A program made the translations under genes and the position numbers. Shown here piece by piece: positions 28,687-39,076 of a DNA stretch of 64,000 bases. The notes under the pieces were generated by a model. That model saw nothing but the letters and a program-made list of their open reading frames with translations, had not been told where the DNA came from and searched no databases. The stretch covers positions 608,001 through 672,000 of the forward strand of contig CAWBZV010000002.1 in NCBI GenBank assembly GCA_963793305.1, given 5' to 3'. How positions within the stretch are numbered: position 1 is the stretch's first letter; each line of letters begins with the position of its first letter. The stretch is from an uncultured Gemmatimonadales bacterium. GTDB lineage: Bacteria > Gemmatimonadota > Gemmatimonadetes > Gemmatimonadales > Gemmatimonadaceae.

Positions 28687-30517
28687 ATGGCAGGGGAGGC
28701 AGGAACAGGCATTCACGAGGAGGATGCGCTCGGCAAGGCCTACGATGGGCGGCTGATGCGGCGCTTGCTGGCGTACGCCAAGCCGTATTGGTACCTGATC
28801 GTCCCAGCTATCGTCTTCCTGTGCGGCGAAGGCGCGCTCCAACTGGTCGGCCCCGTGCTGACCAAGCGCGTCATAGACGTTGGAGTGCCGCACCATGATG
28901 GGCATCTGATCCGCATCTCCGTCGGGCTGTATGTCCTGTCGCTCGTCTTGCAGTTCGGCTGCTCGTACGGCGAGACCCTCCTCACGAGCCTTCTGGGCCA
29001 GCGCGTCATGCGGGACCTCCGGATGCGCATGTTCGCCCATGTGGAGAACTTGCCGGTCGCATTTTTTGACCGAAACCCCGTCGGCCGTCTCGTCACCCGG
29101 GTGACATTGGACGTTCGAGTCGCTGAACGACCTGTTCACCGCCGGCGTCGTGTCCGGACTCGGCGACCTGTTCACGCTCGTGTTCATCGCGATCTTCATG
29201 GTCCGCGACGACTGGCGGCTGGCGCTCGCCGCCTTCGGGGTCATCCCGCTGGTGTGGCTGACGTCCGAGATCTTCCGGGTCAAGGTCCGAGCGTCCTATC
29301 GCGACATCCGGACGCGAATCGCGCGCATCAACGCGTTTCTCAACGAACGCCTGACCGGCATGCGCATCGTACAGCTGTTCGGTCGCGAGAAATGGGAAGC
29401 CGATCGCTTCGACGACCTGAATCGCGGGTACCTCGCCTCGAACTTGAGGTCGATCACGATCTACGCGTTGTATTTCCCCGCGATTGAAATTCTGACATCG
29501 GTCGCCCTCGCCAGCTTGATCGTTGCCGGCGCCGGCCGAATCCATGCGTCCACGTTGACCGTAGGGACTCTCGCGGCGTTTCTGCAGCTCGTGCGGCGAT
29601 TCTTCCAGCCGCTGCAGGATCTATCGGACAAATACAATACGCTGCAACAAGCCATGGCCTCATCGGAGCGCATCTTCAAACTGCTCGACGAGCCCGAAGG
29701 CCCCGCTCAGGGCGTTGTGACCGGTATACCACGTGGAGGCGTGACGGTTGAGTTCGAGGACGTATGGTTCGCCTACGGAAACGCCGAACCGCCACAATGG
29801 GTGTTGCGGGGCGTAAGCTTCCGCGCGGAGCCAGGACAAACGATTGCGCTCGTCGGACACACAGGGGCGGGGAAGACCACGGTGGTGAGTCTCCTGATGC
29901 GATTCTATGATCCGCAACGAGGCCGGATTCTGGTCGACGGCGTTGACATCCGCGAGATGTCGCTCGCCGACCTCCGCGTCCGTATCGGGTACGTCCAGCA
30001 GGACATCTTTCTGTTTGCCGGCGACGTCATGACGAACGTGCGGCTCTCGAGCGCGTTGTCCGACGCGGACGTCCAGCGCGCCGCGGCGCGGGTCGGCGCC
30101 GACCGTGTCGTCGCCCGGCTCCCCGGTGGATGGTCACAGGAGCTCGGCGAGCGCGGCGCGTCGATCAGTGTCGGCGAGCGACAACTCCTGTCGTTCGCCC
30201 GGGCGATAGCGGCCGACCCCGCGCTCCTGCTGCTCGATGAGGCGACGAGCGCGGTCGACAGCGAGATAGAAGCGGAGATTCAGCAAGCGCTGGCAGTCCT
30301 CATGCAAGGAAGGACGACGATTGCGGTCGCCCACCGGTTGAGCACGATCATCGGCGCGGACGAGATTCTGGTGATGCACCACGGGGAGATTCGGGAGCGC
30401 GGGACCCACCGCGAGTTGCTGGAGCAGGGTGGATTGTATGAGCGTCTGTATCGACTCCAGGTCGGCGACGACGGACGGGGAAGTGTTGCGCGCGACGCCC
30501 TTGCCGCATCTAACTGA
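28687..30517 (+). CDS. ABC exporter, fused TMD-NBD (extra base near 29114)
   Basis: FFDRNPVGRLVTR, GHTGAGKTT, SVGERQL and LLLDEATS motifs. Confidence 0.92.
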
Positions 30518-30573
30518 TGCTACCATCGGCGCTTGCCAGCCTCGGCGGGCACCCCTAGCTTGTCCAACTGGTC

Positions 30574-31857
30574 ATGCCCTACCTTCAACTCAATGAACGG
30601 CAGTTCGCCCTCCGCGTTGGTGAGACGCGGGTTGGCGGGGGCGCGGAAGCGGACGTACTCGTCCCTGGGGGCGACGCATCCGTACAAGCCGTCGTTGATC
30701 TGTCCCGCGAGAGTGCCGTTTCTATCCGCCGTGCGTTCTCCTCGGCGGCCGTTCGGGTCAACGGAGTGCAGCTGGGTGCGGAGCCCACACCGCTCATTCA
30801 TGGCGACAAGATCGAGATTGGTGGGGCTGAGCTCTTCTTTGGAGATGACCGCAAAGGGGGCAGTACCCAGTTCATTTCCGCTGTCAGCCTCCCCGATTTC
30901 AAGAATCTCAAGCCGCCCGCGCCTGGCAAAGCGACCCTGGCGACCGGCGGGCGCGTGATCTCGCTCGTCGATGGACGCGAATATCAGATTCCCGCGGCCG
31001 GCATCTCGTTCGGCCGCGACGCGGGTTGTGACGTCGTGATCCCCTCCTCGGAGGTCTCCCGTCGCCACGCCGAGATTGCGCCTGGCGATGTCGGTTATGT
31101 CCTGAGCGACACCAGCACGAACGGGATTTTTGTCAACGGCCAACGCGTTGACGCGATGCAAGTCCTCGGTCGAGGTGACGTAGTTCGGATCGGCACGGAA
31201 GAGTTTCGGTTCTACGCCGACCAAGCGAGCGCGTCTCCAAAGGTGGAAGCGGCGGCGGACCCTGCGGCGGCAAGTGCGCCAACTCCGGCCGTGGCGGCGC
31301 CATTTCCACGTCAAGCATTGGCCACGCTCGAAGTGGTCGGTACGAGTCCCATGAAGGGCCAGACGTTCTCGATCGTATCGGTCCTGGCGCACGTGGGGCG
31401 CGGGCCGCACAACGATATCGTGATCGTCGAGGAGAGCGTGTCCGATTCCCACGCCAAGCTCCAACGGCGCGAGGGCGTGTGGTATGTCACAGACCTCGGC
31501 TCGACGAACGGGACATATATTGGCGGCCGCCGGATAGCGGCTGAGGAGAAGCTCGCGACCGATGCCGATATTCGCTTCGGTGGCGTGCCGTTGGTCTTCC
31601 GCGCGCTGGTCACGGAACACGTCACCGAGCCCAAGGGCGGCACCCGCCAATTGAACGTCGACGCCATCAAGCGAGCTGCTGCGCCTCCAGCGCCGGTCGC
31701 TGCTCCCGTGAGTGGACCGAGCGCTGCGCCCGCTCCGCGCCCCCGCCCCGTCGCAGCGCCGCCAGCGCCCAAGCGCGCTGGCGTGCCGTGGTGGGCCTGG
31801 TTGGTGGTGATCATCGTCGTCGGCGGCGCCGCGTTCTTTGCCATGCGGATGCGCTAA
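30574..31857 (+). CDS. Triple-FHA protein with a C-terminal TM anchor
   Basis: GR...SRRHA...STNG and GR...SDSHA...STNG FHA motifs, plus a degenerate first FHA. Confidence 0.9.
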   Translation: MPYLQLNERQFALRVGETRVGGGAEADVLVPGGDASVQAVVDLSRESAVSIRRAFSSAAVRVNGVQLGAEPTPLIHGDKIEIGGAELFFGDDRKGGSTQFISAVSLPDFKNLKPPAPGKATLATGGRVISLVDGREYQIPAAGISFGRDAGCDVVIPSSEVSRRHAEIAPGDVGYVLSDTSTNGIFVNGQRVDAMQVLGRGDVVRIGTEEFRFYADQASASPKVEAAADPAAASAPTPAVAAPFPRQALATLEVVGTSPMKGQTFSIVSVLAHVGRGPHNDIVIVEESVSDSHAKLQRREGVWYVTDLGSTNGTYIGGRRIAAEEKLATDADIRFGGVPLVFRALVTEHVTEPKGGTRQLNVDAIKRAAAPPAPVAAPVSGPSAAPAPRPRPVAAPPAPKRAGVPWWAWLVVIIVVGGAAFFAMRMR

Positions 31858-32654
31858 TGCAGCTGACCTACGCCTGCCGAACAGACGTGGGGATGGTCCG
31901 CGTCGGGAATGAGGACAGCATGTATGCGGAGGCCAATCCGTACCGTGGTGTCTTTATGGTCGCCGACGGCATGGGTGGGCACGCGGCCGGCGAGGTCGCC
32001 AGCGCGATGGCCGTGCAAATCGTCACCCGCGACATCGCGCCGCTGTCCGACATCTCGAATAGCGGCGCGCCGGAGACCCTGCGAGAGGCCCTCCAGGATG
32101 CGAATCGCGCGATCTTCGACCGCACGATCTCCGAGGTCGACAAGCAGGGCATGGGCACGACCGCCTCGGTGCTCGTCCTGAGTCGCAACCGCTACCTGAT
32201 TGGCCAGGTCGGCGACTCCCGAATTTATCGGGTCCGCAACGGAGTGCTGGAGCAGCTGACCAAGGACCACTCCTATGTGCAGGAACAGGTCGACGCCGGC
32301 TACATCACCCCCGAGCAAGCGCGCTATCACCCATACAGCAACGTCATCACGCGCTGTGTCGGCGCGAGTCCCGAGGTCGAGCCCGATGTCTACTCGGGTG
32401 AGCTCGCGGTCGGCGACATCTTTCTCGTCGCGAGCGACGGACTGACCGGGATGCTCGAAGACTCACACCTGCAGCGTCTCATGCTCGCCCGGCATTCGCC
32501 TGGGCGGCTGGTCGATCACTTGATCGGCGAAGCGAACCGGCGCGGCGGACTCGATAACATTACCGCCGTCGTCGTCCAGGTGACCGCCCTCGACGACCCG
32601 CGGCTCGATTCGCCGACGGCCGAGACTCCGGTCTATCGTCCACCGGAAAAATGA
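31857..32654 (+). CDS. PP2C-family Ser/Thr phosphatase
   Basis: NED, VADGMGGH, GMGTT, VGDSR, SDGL and DNIT motifs. Confidence 0.95.
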   Translation: MQLTYACRTDVGMVRVGNEDSMYAEANPYRGVFMVADGMGGHAAGEVASAMAVQIVTRDIAPLSDISNSGAPETLREALQDANRAIFDRTISEVDKQGMGTTASVLVLSRNRYLIGQVGDSRIYRVRNGVLEQLTKDHSYVQEQVDAGYITPEQARYHPYSNVITRCVGASPEVEPDVYSGELAVGDIFLVASDGLTGMLEDSHLQRLMLARHSPGRLVDHLIGEANRRGGLDNITAVVVQVTALDDPRLDSPTAETPVYRPPEK

Positions 32655-32824
32655 GCGAGCCGACGGTCGGTGCAGTGGCCGACTTGTACCTCGGCAACAT
32701 CCTCTACGCGCTGGAGTTGGCCGCGACGAGCCTCGAAGCCGATGGCAAGCCCGAGGACGCCGCGTTCTATCGCGGCATTGCGCGTAAACTCGCCGATGCA
32801 CGGGGCCGAGAGCTGAAGGGGTGA
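32651..32824 (+). CDS. Small hypothetical protein (57 aa, below the ORF-track cutoff)
   Basis: ATGA overlap; MSEPTVGAVADLYLGNILYALELAATSLEADGKPEDAAFYRGIARKLADARGRELKG; high GC3. Confidence 0.75.
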   Translation: MSEPTVGAVADLYLGNILYALELAATSLEADGKPEDAAFYRGIARKLADARGRELKG

Positions 32825-32854
32825 CACGCCGGCAGGAACGGGCGTCTATCTCCC

Positions 32855-34204
32855 GTGAAGCATGTCGTTGTTGTTGCACTCTTTATCGCTACAAGTAGCG
32901 CGTCGGCGCAGGATGCCGCGCGCGCGTTGGCGCAATCGGGCCACTATCGCTCGGCGATCGCGCTCTACGACTCCGTCCTCGCGCGCGAGCCTCGCAATTG
33001 GGACGCCGCACTGGGTCGTGCTCAAGCCATTGCGTGGAGCGGAAGGTTCGCCGAGGCCGAGTCGACGTATCGCGCGCTCATCGACTCGGGCGCTGGTCCT
33101 GATGCGCAAAAGGGTCTTGCCCGTGTCGTCGCCTGGCGGGGTCGTCTGCCCGAATCGGAGCACATCTATCGCTCGATCATCGCGCACGACTCCACGGACG
33201 CCGAAGCGCTGACGGGTCTCGCGCAGGTGCTACAATGGGAAGGCCGGCCGCGCGAAGCGCGTGCCGCATTGAAAAGAGCCCTCGCCGCGCATCCAGACGA
33301 TGGCGACGCGCGCGAAGCATGGGCGAAGCTGCGTCCCCTGGTGTCACCATGGATTCGTCCGACCGTCACCACCTGGGGCGACAACGAGGACAACTCCGGC
33401 GAAGCCGGATCGCTCGCGGCTCAAGATGGACCATTGTCGTTCGCCGCGACCTATCGCAACACCCAAGGACCCCACGACGTCTACGGTCACACGCAAACCG
33501 ATCGTGTCGGCGTCGCACTGGGCACCGGACCACTGATGATTCGGGCCGATGGCGGCGTCGGTCTGGGCGAGGGCGAGTACGCGGAGGCCATCGGCGCTGC
33601 CCACGCGGCGGTGACGGTCGGTCCCATGACGCTGACCGCCGGCGGATCGCGCGAGCTGTTCGACGAGACGGCCGCGATGATCGCCTCGGGTCTCGTGCAA
33701 ACGACGGCCGACGCCGCGCTCGATGTCGGTGGCCATCTCACCGGCACCTTCGGCTACGCCACCGTGAGCGGCGAACACCATAGCGACGAGCGCGTCGAGG
33801 GCTCGATGTATATGTGGTCCGGCGCATGGCACGGGCTCGCCGTTGGCGCCGGCGCACATGGGTATGGTTACCTGCGACCGGACACCACGGACGGATACTT
33901 CGCGCCCGCCAGCTTCATCCTGGCGGAGGGCGCGCTGAGAATGACCGCGGGCGGGGAGCGTGGACTAGCAGGGACCCTGGAACTCGGCGCCGGAGCGCAG
34001 CGTATTGCGGCTTTTGGCGCACCGGCGTCCATCAAACCAGCCGAGCGAGTCAATGCCGCTATCCTGTACCGGTTTGAACCAGGGGTCGAGTGCGGCGTAA
34101 GTGGCGGATACGCCGTGGCCGCTTCACCGAATGCGACGACGGCCAGTGCCGCGGCCGCGTATCGCGGTTACTCGGTCGCCCTCGTCGCGCGGATCATCCC
34201 GTAG
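32855..34204 (+). CDS. TPR + predicted outer-membrane beta-barrel protein (YaiO/PgaA-like architecture)
   Basis: Signal peptide; GLARVVAWRG-type TPR repeats; amphipathic beta-strand C-half. Confidence 0.75.
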   Translation: MKHVVVVALFIATSSASAQDAARALAQSGHYRSAIALYDSVLAREPRNWDAALGRAQAIAWSGRFAEAESTYRALIDSGAGPDAQKGLARVVAWRGRLPESEHIYRSIIAHDSTDAEALTGLAQVLQWEGRPREARAALKRALAAHPDDGDAREAWAKLRPLVSPWIRPTVTTWGDNEDNSGEAGSLAAQDGPLSFAATYRNTQGPHDVYGHTQTDRVGVALGTGPLMIRADGGVGLGEGEYAEAIGAAHAAVTVGPMTLTAGGSRELFDETAAMIASGLVQTTADAALDVGGHLTGTFGYATVSGEHHSDERVEGSMYMWSGAWHGLAVGAGAHGYGYLRPDTTDGYFAPASFILAEGALRMTAGGERGLAGTLELGAGAQRIAAFGAPASIKPAERVNAAILYRFEPGVECGVSGGYAVAASPNATTASAAAAYRGYSVALVARIIP

Positions 34205-34562
34205 CGAGCGCCCGTCGGACCTCAGCGGCGATCGTCAGCGGGTCGAACGGCTTCGTGAGGCACGCGACGGCGCCGATCTCCAGCGCCCGAGCGACCTCGT
34301 CGCGCTGTGTCTTCGCGGTCAGGAACACCACGGGCACGTTGGCGGTTACCTTGTCGGCCTTGAGGCGACGGCACGTCTCGTATCCGTCGAGCCCCGGCAT
34401 CATGCCGTCCAGCAGAATGGCGTCGAACCGCGTTTCTTTTGCTCGTGCCAGCGCATCCTGTCCGGACTCGACAATCTCGACTTCGAGGTCCGGATCGAGC
34501 CCGAGCGCGAGCTCGAGAATCGTCCGGATGTCCGCTTCATCATCGGCGCACAAGAGTCGCAT
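34194..34562 (-). CDS. Single-domain response regulator
   Basis: ADDE, LLDGMMP, FLTA and KPF motifs. Confidence 0.92.
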   Translation of the reverse strand: MRLLCADDEADIRTILELALGLDPDLEVEIVESGQDALARAKETRFDAILLDGMMPGLDGYETCRRLKADKVTANVPVVFLTAKTQRDEVARALEIGAVACLTKPFDPLTIAAEVRRALATG

Positions 34563-34655
34563 GAGCACGGGAGCAAGAGAGCAAAGTGACGGTCAATGGT
34601 CGGCGCCCGTCATCGCGGAGACGAGCTTCGCGCTCGGTCCGCAACCGGGGCGAAT

Positions 34656-35456
34656 ATGAGCGAAATCCAATCTTCGGCAGTGGCGGCACCCGCGGGCACG
34701 ATCCCGCCGGAGATGATGCGCGCCCTGCGCGAGCGATTTCGGGCTTCAACACTCCGCACCTGCGCGGCGTTCCGTACCCTCGGCATCCAATTGGCGGCTA
34801 CTCCCGACGCGCCCGAGGTAGTCGACGCTGTCCGTCGCGAGCTGCATCGGGTGCACGGCACCGCCGGAAGCTATGGGTTCCGCGAAGCCTCGAATCTCGC
34901 CGCCAAGCTCGAGGAGCGAGCCATCCGCTGGGCCACCGACGCCGAGCTCGACCGCGACGCGCGCGGCGCGATGATGATCGAGTTCGCGGAAGTCCTGTCA
35001 CTCGCGGTTGGCGAACCCGAAACCACCGTGGCTCCCGCGCCCGTGGTCGAGGCGACGGGGCCGGTCGTGGCCACGCCCAACGTCATCGTGATCGAGGACG
35101 ATGGGCCGCTCCAAGAGATGATCCTCTACGCCCTCCGCTCCGCCGGCTTGACGTCGCGTGCGTTCTCCGACGGCCCTGAGGCACTCGACGCGCTCCTGGC
35201 GATGCCGGTGCCCGCCGACGGCCGCCGGCCGCTCGTCCTGCTCGATGTCGATCTGCCCGGGATCGATGGGCATTCGCTCCACGAACGACTGCGCGTCCAG
35301 CGTCCGGGCGCATTCGGATTCGTGTTCCAGACCGTGCACGGCGGCGAGGCCGAGCAGGTCCGCGCGCTCACCAACGGCGCGCTCGACTACGTCGTCAAGC
35401 CGCTCAACCTCCGCGTACTCCTGGCGAAGATCCCGATGTGGATCCGGCGCGGATAG
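34656..35456 (+). CDS. Hpt + REC phosphorelay protein
   Basis: LHRVHGTAGSYG (Hpt); IEDD, LLDVDLP and VKP (REC). Confidence 0.88.
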   Translation: MSEIQSSAVAAPAGTIPPEMMRALRERFRASTLRTCAAFRTLGIQLAATPDAPEVVDAVRRELHRVHGTAGSYGFREASNLAAKLEERAIRWATDAELDRDARGAMMIEFAEVLSLAVGEPETTVAPAPVVEATGPVVATPNVIVIEDDGPLQEMILYALRSAGLTSRAFSDGPEALDALLAMPVPADGRRPLVLLDVDLPGIDGHSLHERLRVQRPGAFGFVFQTVHGGEAEQVRALTNGALDYVVKPLNLRVLLAKIPMWIRRG

Positions 35457-35460
35457 CACC

Positions 35461-36534
35461 GTGGTTCTGACAACGATCGTTCTGTCCGTGATCGCCGCCG
35501 TACAGGCCGCATTTTTGTTGGTGCTGCTGGCGTACCTCGCCGCGAATCGGGTTCGGATGTCGCGTCTCACCCGCCGCGAGAACGCCGTGACCGCGTCGCT
35601 CACCGAGCCACTCCATGCGTTCTTGCTCGGCACCGGGAGCGCGGTCGAGGTCTGTGCTCACTTGGCGGTACTCGGTCCCGACCAAGCACTCGAGCAACTG
35701 ACGCGCCTGTCCGCGCTGCGCGTGGCGGCCGAGCGGCAGGACGTGCTCGCCACCGCCCTCCTCAAGGAGAAATGGGTCCAGCGCGGGCTCAAAGGCGCCC
35801 GGTCTCCGCGCTGGTGGAAGCGCCTGGCGGCGGTTCGTCTGCTGGCGGCGGTGGGTCAACAATCGCATCGCGCCATGCTGCGTCGCCTCTTACTGGACCG
35901 GCATCCCGCGGTCCAACTCGCGGCCGCCTCCTGCCTCGGTCGCGTCGCCGACAGCGATCTCGTTTCGCTGATCGTCGAGACGCTCCCGGGGAGGCCTGTC
36001 GCGGTCCGACATTACCTCTTCTCCGCGTTGCGCCAATGTTGGCAGTACACGGTGCCGCTCGTGGCTCGGCGCCTGCGCGCCGACACGCCGCCCCAACGTC
36101 TCGAGGTCTGGGTCAACCTCGCCGAGTCGCTCGCCACGCCGGCCGTGCTCGGACCCGTGCTGCGGTTGGCGACGCATGCCGATGCCGATGTGCGACTCGC
36201 CGTGGCGCGTGCGCTCAAGCACTACTTCCACCCTGAGACGCCTGCTGCGCTCTATGCGCTGCTCGAAGACGAGGACTGGCGCGTGCGGGCGCAAGCCGCG
36301 CGAGCGCTCGGCGTGCTCAAAGTCACCGAGGCCATTGGGCCGCTCGGTCAGCTGCTCCGCGATAGCGCATGGTGGGTCCGGTTCCGCGCCGCGTTGAGCC
36401 TGGCGCAGCTCGGCGAGCCTGGTCGGCGCATGTTGCGCGAGGCGCGTGTGGGCGGCGATCGCTACGCGAGCGAAATGGCGACGATGATCAGCGGGCTCTC
36501 CGGCGGCGGCGTCCTCGAGTTGGCGGACGCATGA
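35461..36534 (+). CDS. Membrane-anchored HEAT-repeat protein
   Basis: N-terminal TM helix; DxDWRVRAQAARALG and DSAWWVRFRAALSL repeats. Confidence 0.88.
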   Translation: MVLTTIVLSVIAAVQAAFLLVLLAYLAANRVRMSRLTRRENAVTASLTEPLHAFLLGTGSAVEVCAHLAVLGPDQALEQLTRLSALRVAAERQDVLATALLKEKWVQRGLKGARSPRWWKRLAAVRLLAAVGQQSHRAMLRRLLLDRHPAVQLAAASCLGRVADSDLVSLIVETLPGRPVAVRHYLFSALRQCWQYTVPLVARRLRADTPPQRLEVWVNLAESLATPAVLGPVLRLATHADADVRLAVARALKHYFHPETPAALYALLEDEDWRVRAQAARALGVLKVTEAIGPLGQLLRDSAWWVRFRAALSLAQLGEPGRRMLREARVGGDRYASEMATMISGLSGGGVLELADA

Positions 36535-37970
36535 TCCACTGGGTCGTGGTCGGGCTCGCGGTCGCGGACAAGACCGCGCTGCTCTATTTCCTGATCCTCA
36601 ACTCGTTCTACGCGGTGTTGCTGATGTCGAGCATCCCCGAGGCTTGGCTGCACTGGCATCTGGCCCACGACGAGCACGTGCGCCGCTTGCTCGGCTCCGA
36701 CGCCCTGCCGCCGCTCTCGGTGCTCGTCCCCGCGTACAACGAAGAAGTCAGCATCGCCGCGAGCGTGTTGTCCTTCTTAACGCTCGAATACCCGCGGCAC
36801 GAGGTTGTATTGGTCAGCGACGGCTCGACCGATGCGACGATTCAGCGGCTCGTCGAGGCGTACGACCTCTATGAGGTCCCGCCAGCGTTCCCCATCGGCG
36901 TCCCGACCAAAACCATCCGCGCTTACTACCGCTCGCGCCGGTACTCAAAACTATTGGTGCTCGACAAAGACAACGGTGGCAAAGCCGACGCATTGAATGC
37001 CGCACTGAATGCCGCCCGCTACCCATACGTACTCGCTGTCGACGCCGACACGCTGATCGAATCTGATGCCCTATTGCGCCTAGCGCGGCCATTTCTGATG
37101 GGCGGACACGTTGCCGCCGTAGGCGGCACGATAAGAGTCGCGAACGGATGCCGCGTCGAGCACGGCCGGGTGGTCGAGGCGAGAGTTGACAGCAGGTTGC
37201 TGCCGGGCATTCAAGTTGTGGAATACCTCCGGGCGTTCCTGTTCGGCCGACTCGGCTGGAACCGCCTGGGCGGCAACCTCATCATCTCCGGCGCATTCGG
37301 CCTCTTCCGCCGGGCCTACGTGCTGGCCATTGGCGGGTACCGCACCGGTCACATCACCGAGGACATGGACCTGGTCGTTCGGCTTCACCGCTACTTGCGA
37401 GAGAGCAAGCTGCCGGACCGGATGCCGTTCGTGCCGGATCCGGTCGCCTGGACCGAAGTGCCGACCTCGCTCCAAGTCCTCGGCCGGCAACGGGAACGGT
37501 GGCATCGCGGTCTCATTGCCACGTTGTGGCAGCACCGCGACTTGATGTTCAATCGCAAGTACGGCTCGGTCGGCTTGGTCGCCTACCCTTTCTATTTCTT
37601 TGGCGAGATGCTGGCGCCCGTCGTCGAGTTGCTCGGGTACCTGGTGACCGCGCTCGGGCTCGCGATCGGGGCCGTCGACTGGTCATTCGCCGGGCTGTTC
37701 CTGCTCGTGGCGGTCGGCTATGGGCTTCTCTTGTCGATCTGGACGTTCGTGCTCGAGGAGCTCACGTACCGCCGATATACGCGACCGGGCGATCTCTTGC
37801 GGCTCATTCTGTACGCCATCGTGGAAAATGTCGGATACCGGCAGGTGACCGTCCTGTTTCGATTGATGGCGTTCTGGCGCACCTTGCGCGGCGTGCGAAC
37901 CTGGGGAGTCATGAAGAGGGAGGGCTGGGCGGAGGTTCAGCCAGTCCAAAAGAGCGCGCGGGCCGTTTAG
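36531..37970 (+). CDS. Processive GT2 glycosyltransferase
   Basis: PAYNE, DGSTD, GKADALN, DAD, TED and QRERW motifs; flanking TM helices. Confidence 0.93.
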   Translation: MIHWVVVGLAVADKTALLYFLILNSFYAVLLMSSIPEAWLHWHLAHDEHVRRLLGSDALPPLSVLVPAYNEEVSIAASVLSFLTLEYPRHEVVLVSDGSTDATIQRLVEAYDLYEVPPAFPIGVPTKTIRAYYRSRRYSKLLVLDKDNGGKADALNAALNAARYPYVLAVDADTLIESDALLRLARPFLMGGHVAAVGGTIRVANGCRVEHGRVVEARVDSRLLPGIQVVEYLRAFLFGRLGWNRLGGNLIISGAFGLFRRAYVLAIGGYRTGHITEDMDLVVRLHRYLRESKLPDRMPFVPDPVAWTEVPTSLQVLGRQRERWHRGLIATLWQHRDLMFNRKYGSVGLVAYPFYFFGEMLAPVVELLGYLVTALGLAIGAVDWSFAGLFLLVAVGYGLLLSIWTFVLEELTYRRYTRPGDLLRLILYAIVENVGYRQVTVLFRLMAFWRTLRGVRTWGVMKREGWAEVQPVQKSARAV

Positions 37971-37980
37971 GTTGAAATAC

Positions 37981-39076
37981 ATGCCGAACAGACTGCAACT
38001 GCTCCATGACGCCGGCCAATCGATCTGGCTGGACTTCATTGACCGCACAATTCTGACGAACGGCGAGCTGGAGCGCCGTACCCGCGAAGACGCGGTCACT
38101 GGCGAGACCACCAACCCCACGATCTTCGAGAAGGCACTGGCCGAGGGACCGGCGTACGATGATCAGCTGGCGGCGCTGTCGGCCGACGGACTGACGGACC
38201 CGCAGGCGATCTTCGAGGTGATCGAGGCCGACGACGTTCCGCACCGCATGCGACATCTTCCGCCCGGTCTACGACCGGACGAACGGCATCGACGGCTACG
38301 TCTCGATCGAGTGCTCGCCCGGAGTGGCGAACGACGCCAATGCGACGATCGCCGAGGCGCGCCGCCTGTGGAACAGCGTGTCCCGGCCGAACGTGATGGT
38401 GAAGGTGCCGGGCACGCCGGACGGCGTGGTGGCCGTTCGTCGTCTCTTGGCTGATGGCATCAACGTCAACATCACGCTGTTGTTCTCCATCGACGCGTAC
38501 TCGACGGTCATCGACGCGTATCTGGCCGGCGTGCAGGATCGGCTGCGCACCGGCGCGCCGGTCGATCGGATCGCGTCCGTCGCGTCGTTCTTCGTGAGCC
38601 GCGTCGATTCGGAAATCGATAAGCGCCTGACCGCGGCGGATCTGAAAGGCAAGGCCGCTATCGCCAACGCGAAGCTCGCCTATGCATTGTTCCAACAGAA
38701 GTTTTCGGGCGCCGTCTGGGATGACCTGGCGCGCCAAGGCGCACGAGTCCAACGGCCGCTGTGGGCGAGCACCAGCACCAAAAATCCGGCGTATCGCAAC
38801 GTCATGTACGTCGAGCAACTGATCGGCCCGAACACCGTGAACACGATGCCCGTGGCGACGATCGATGCGTTCCGCGATCACGGCGAGACCGCGAGGACGA
38901 TTGATGCCGATGTCGCGGGTGCACGGCGGCTGATCCAGCAAGTCGAAGCGGCCGGTGTCTCGATGCGCGAGGTCACCGACAAGTTGCTCGCCGACGGACT
39001 GGCGTCGTTCCAAAAGTCGTGGGACACCATGCTGGCAGGACTGGCGAACAAGACCCGGGTCGTCGCGGCGCGCTGA
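37981..39076 (+). CDS. tal: Transaldolase (extra base near 38238)
   Basis: GQSIWLD, TTNPTIF, MVKVP, NITLLFS, SFFVSRVD and LWASTSTK motifs. Confidence 0.93.

Noticed and set aside
25441..39076. uvrA, the ABC exporter and tal as pseudogenes or programmed frameshifts
   Set aside because: Each has a single extra base, intact motifs on both sides and no recognised slippery signal; sequencing error is more parsimonious
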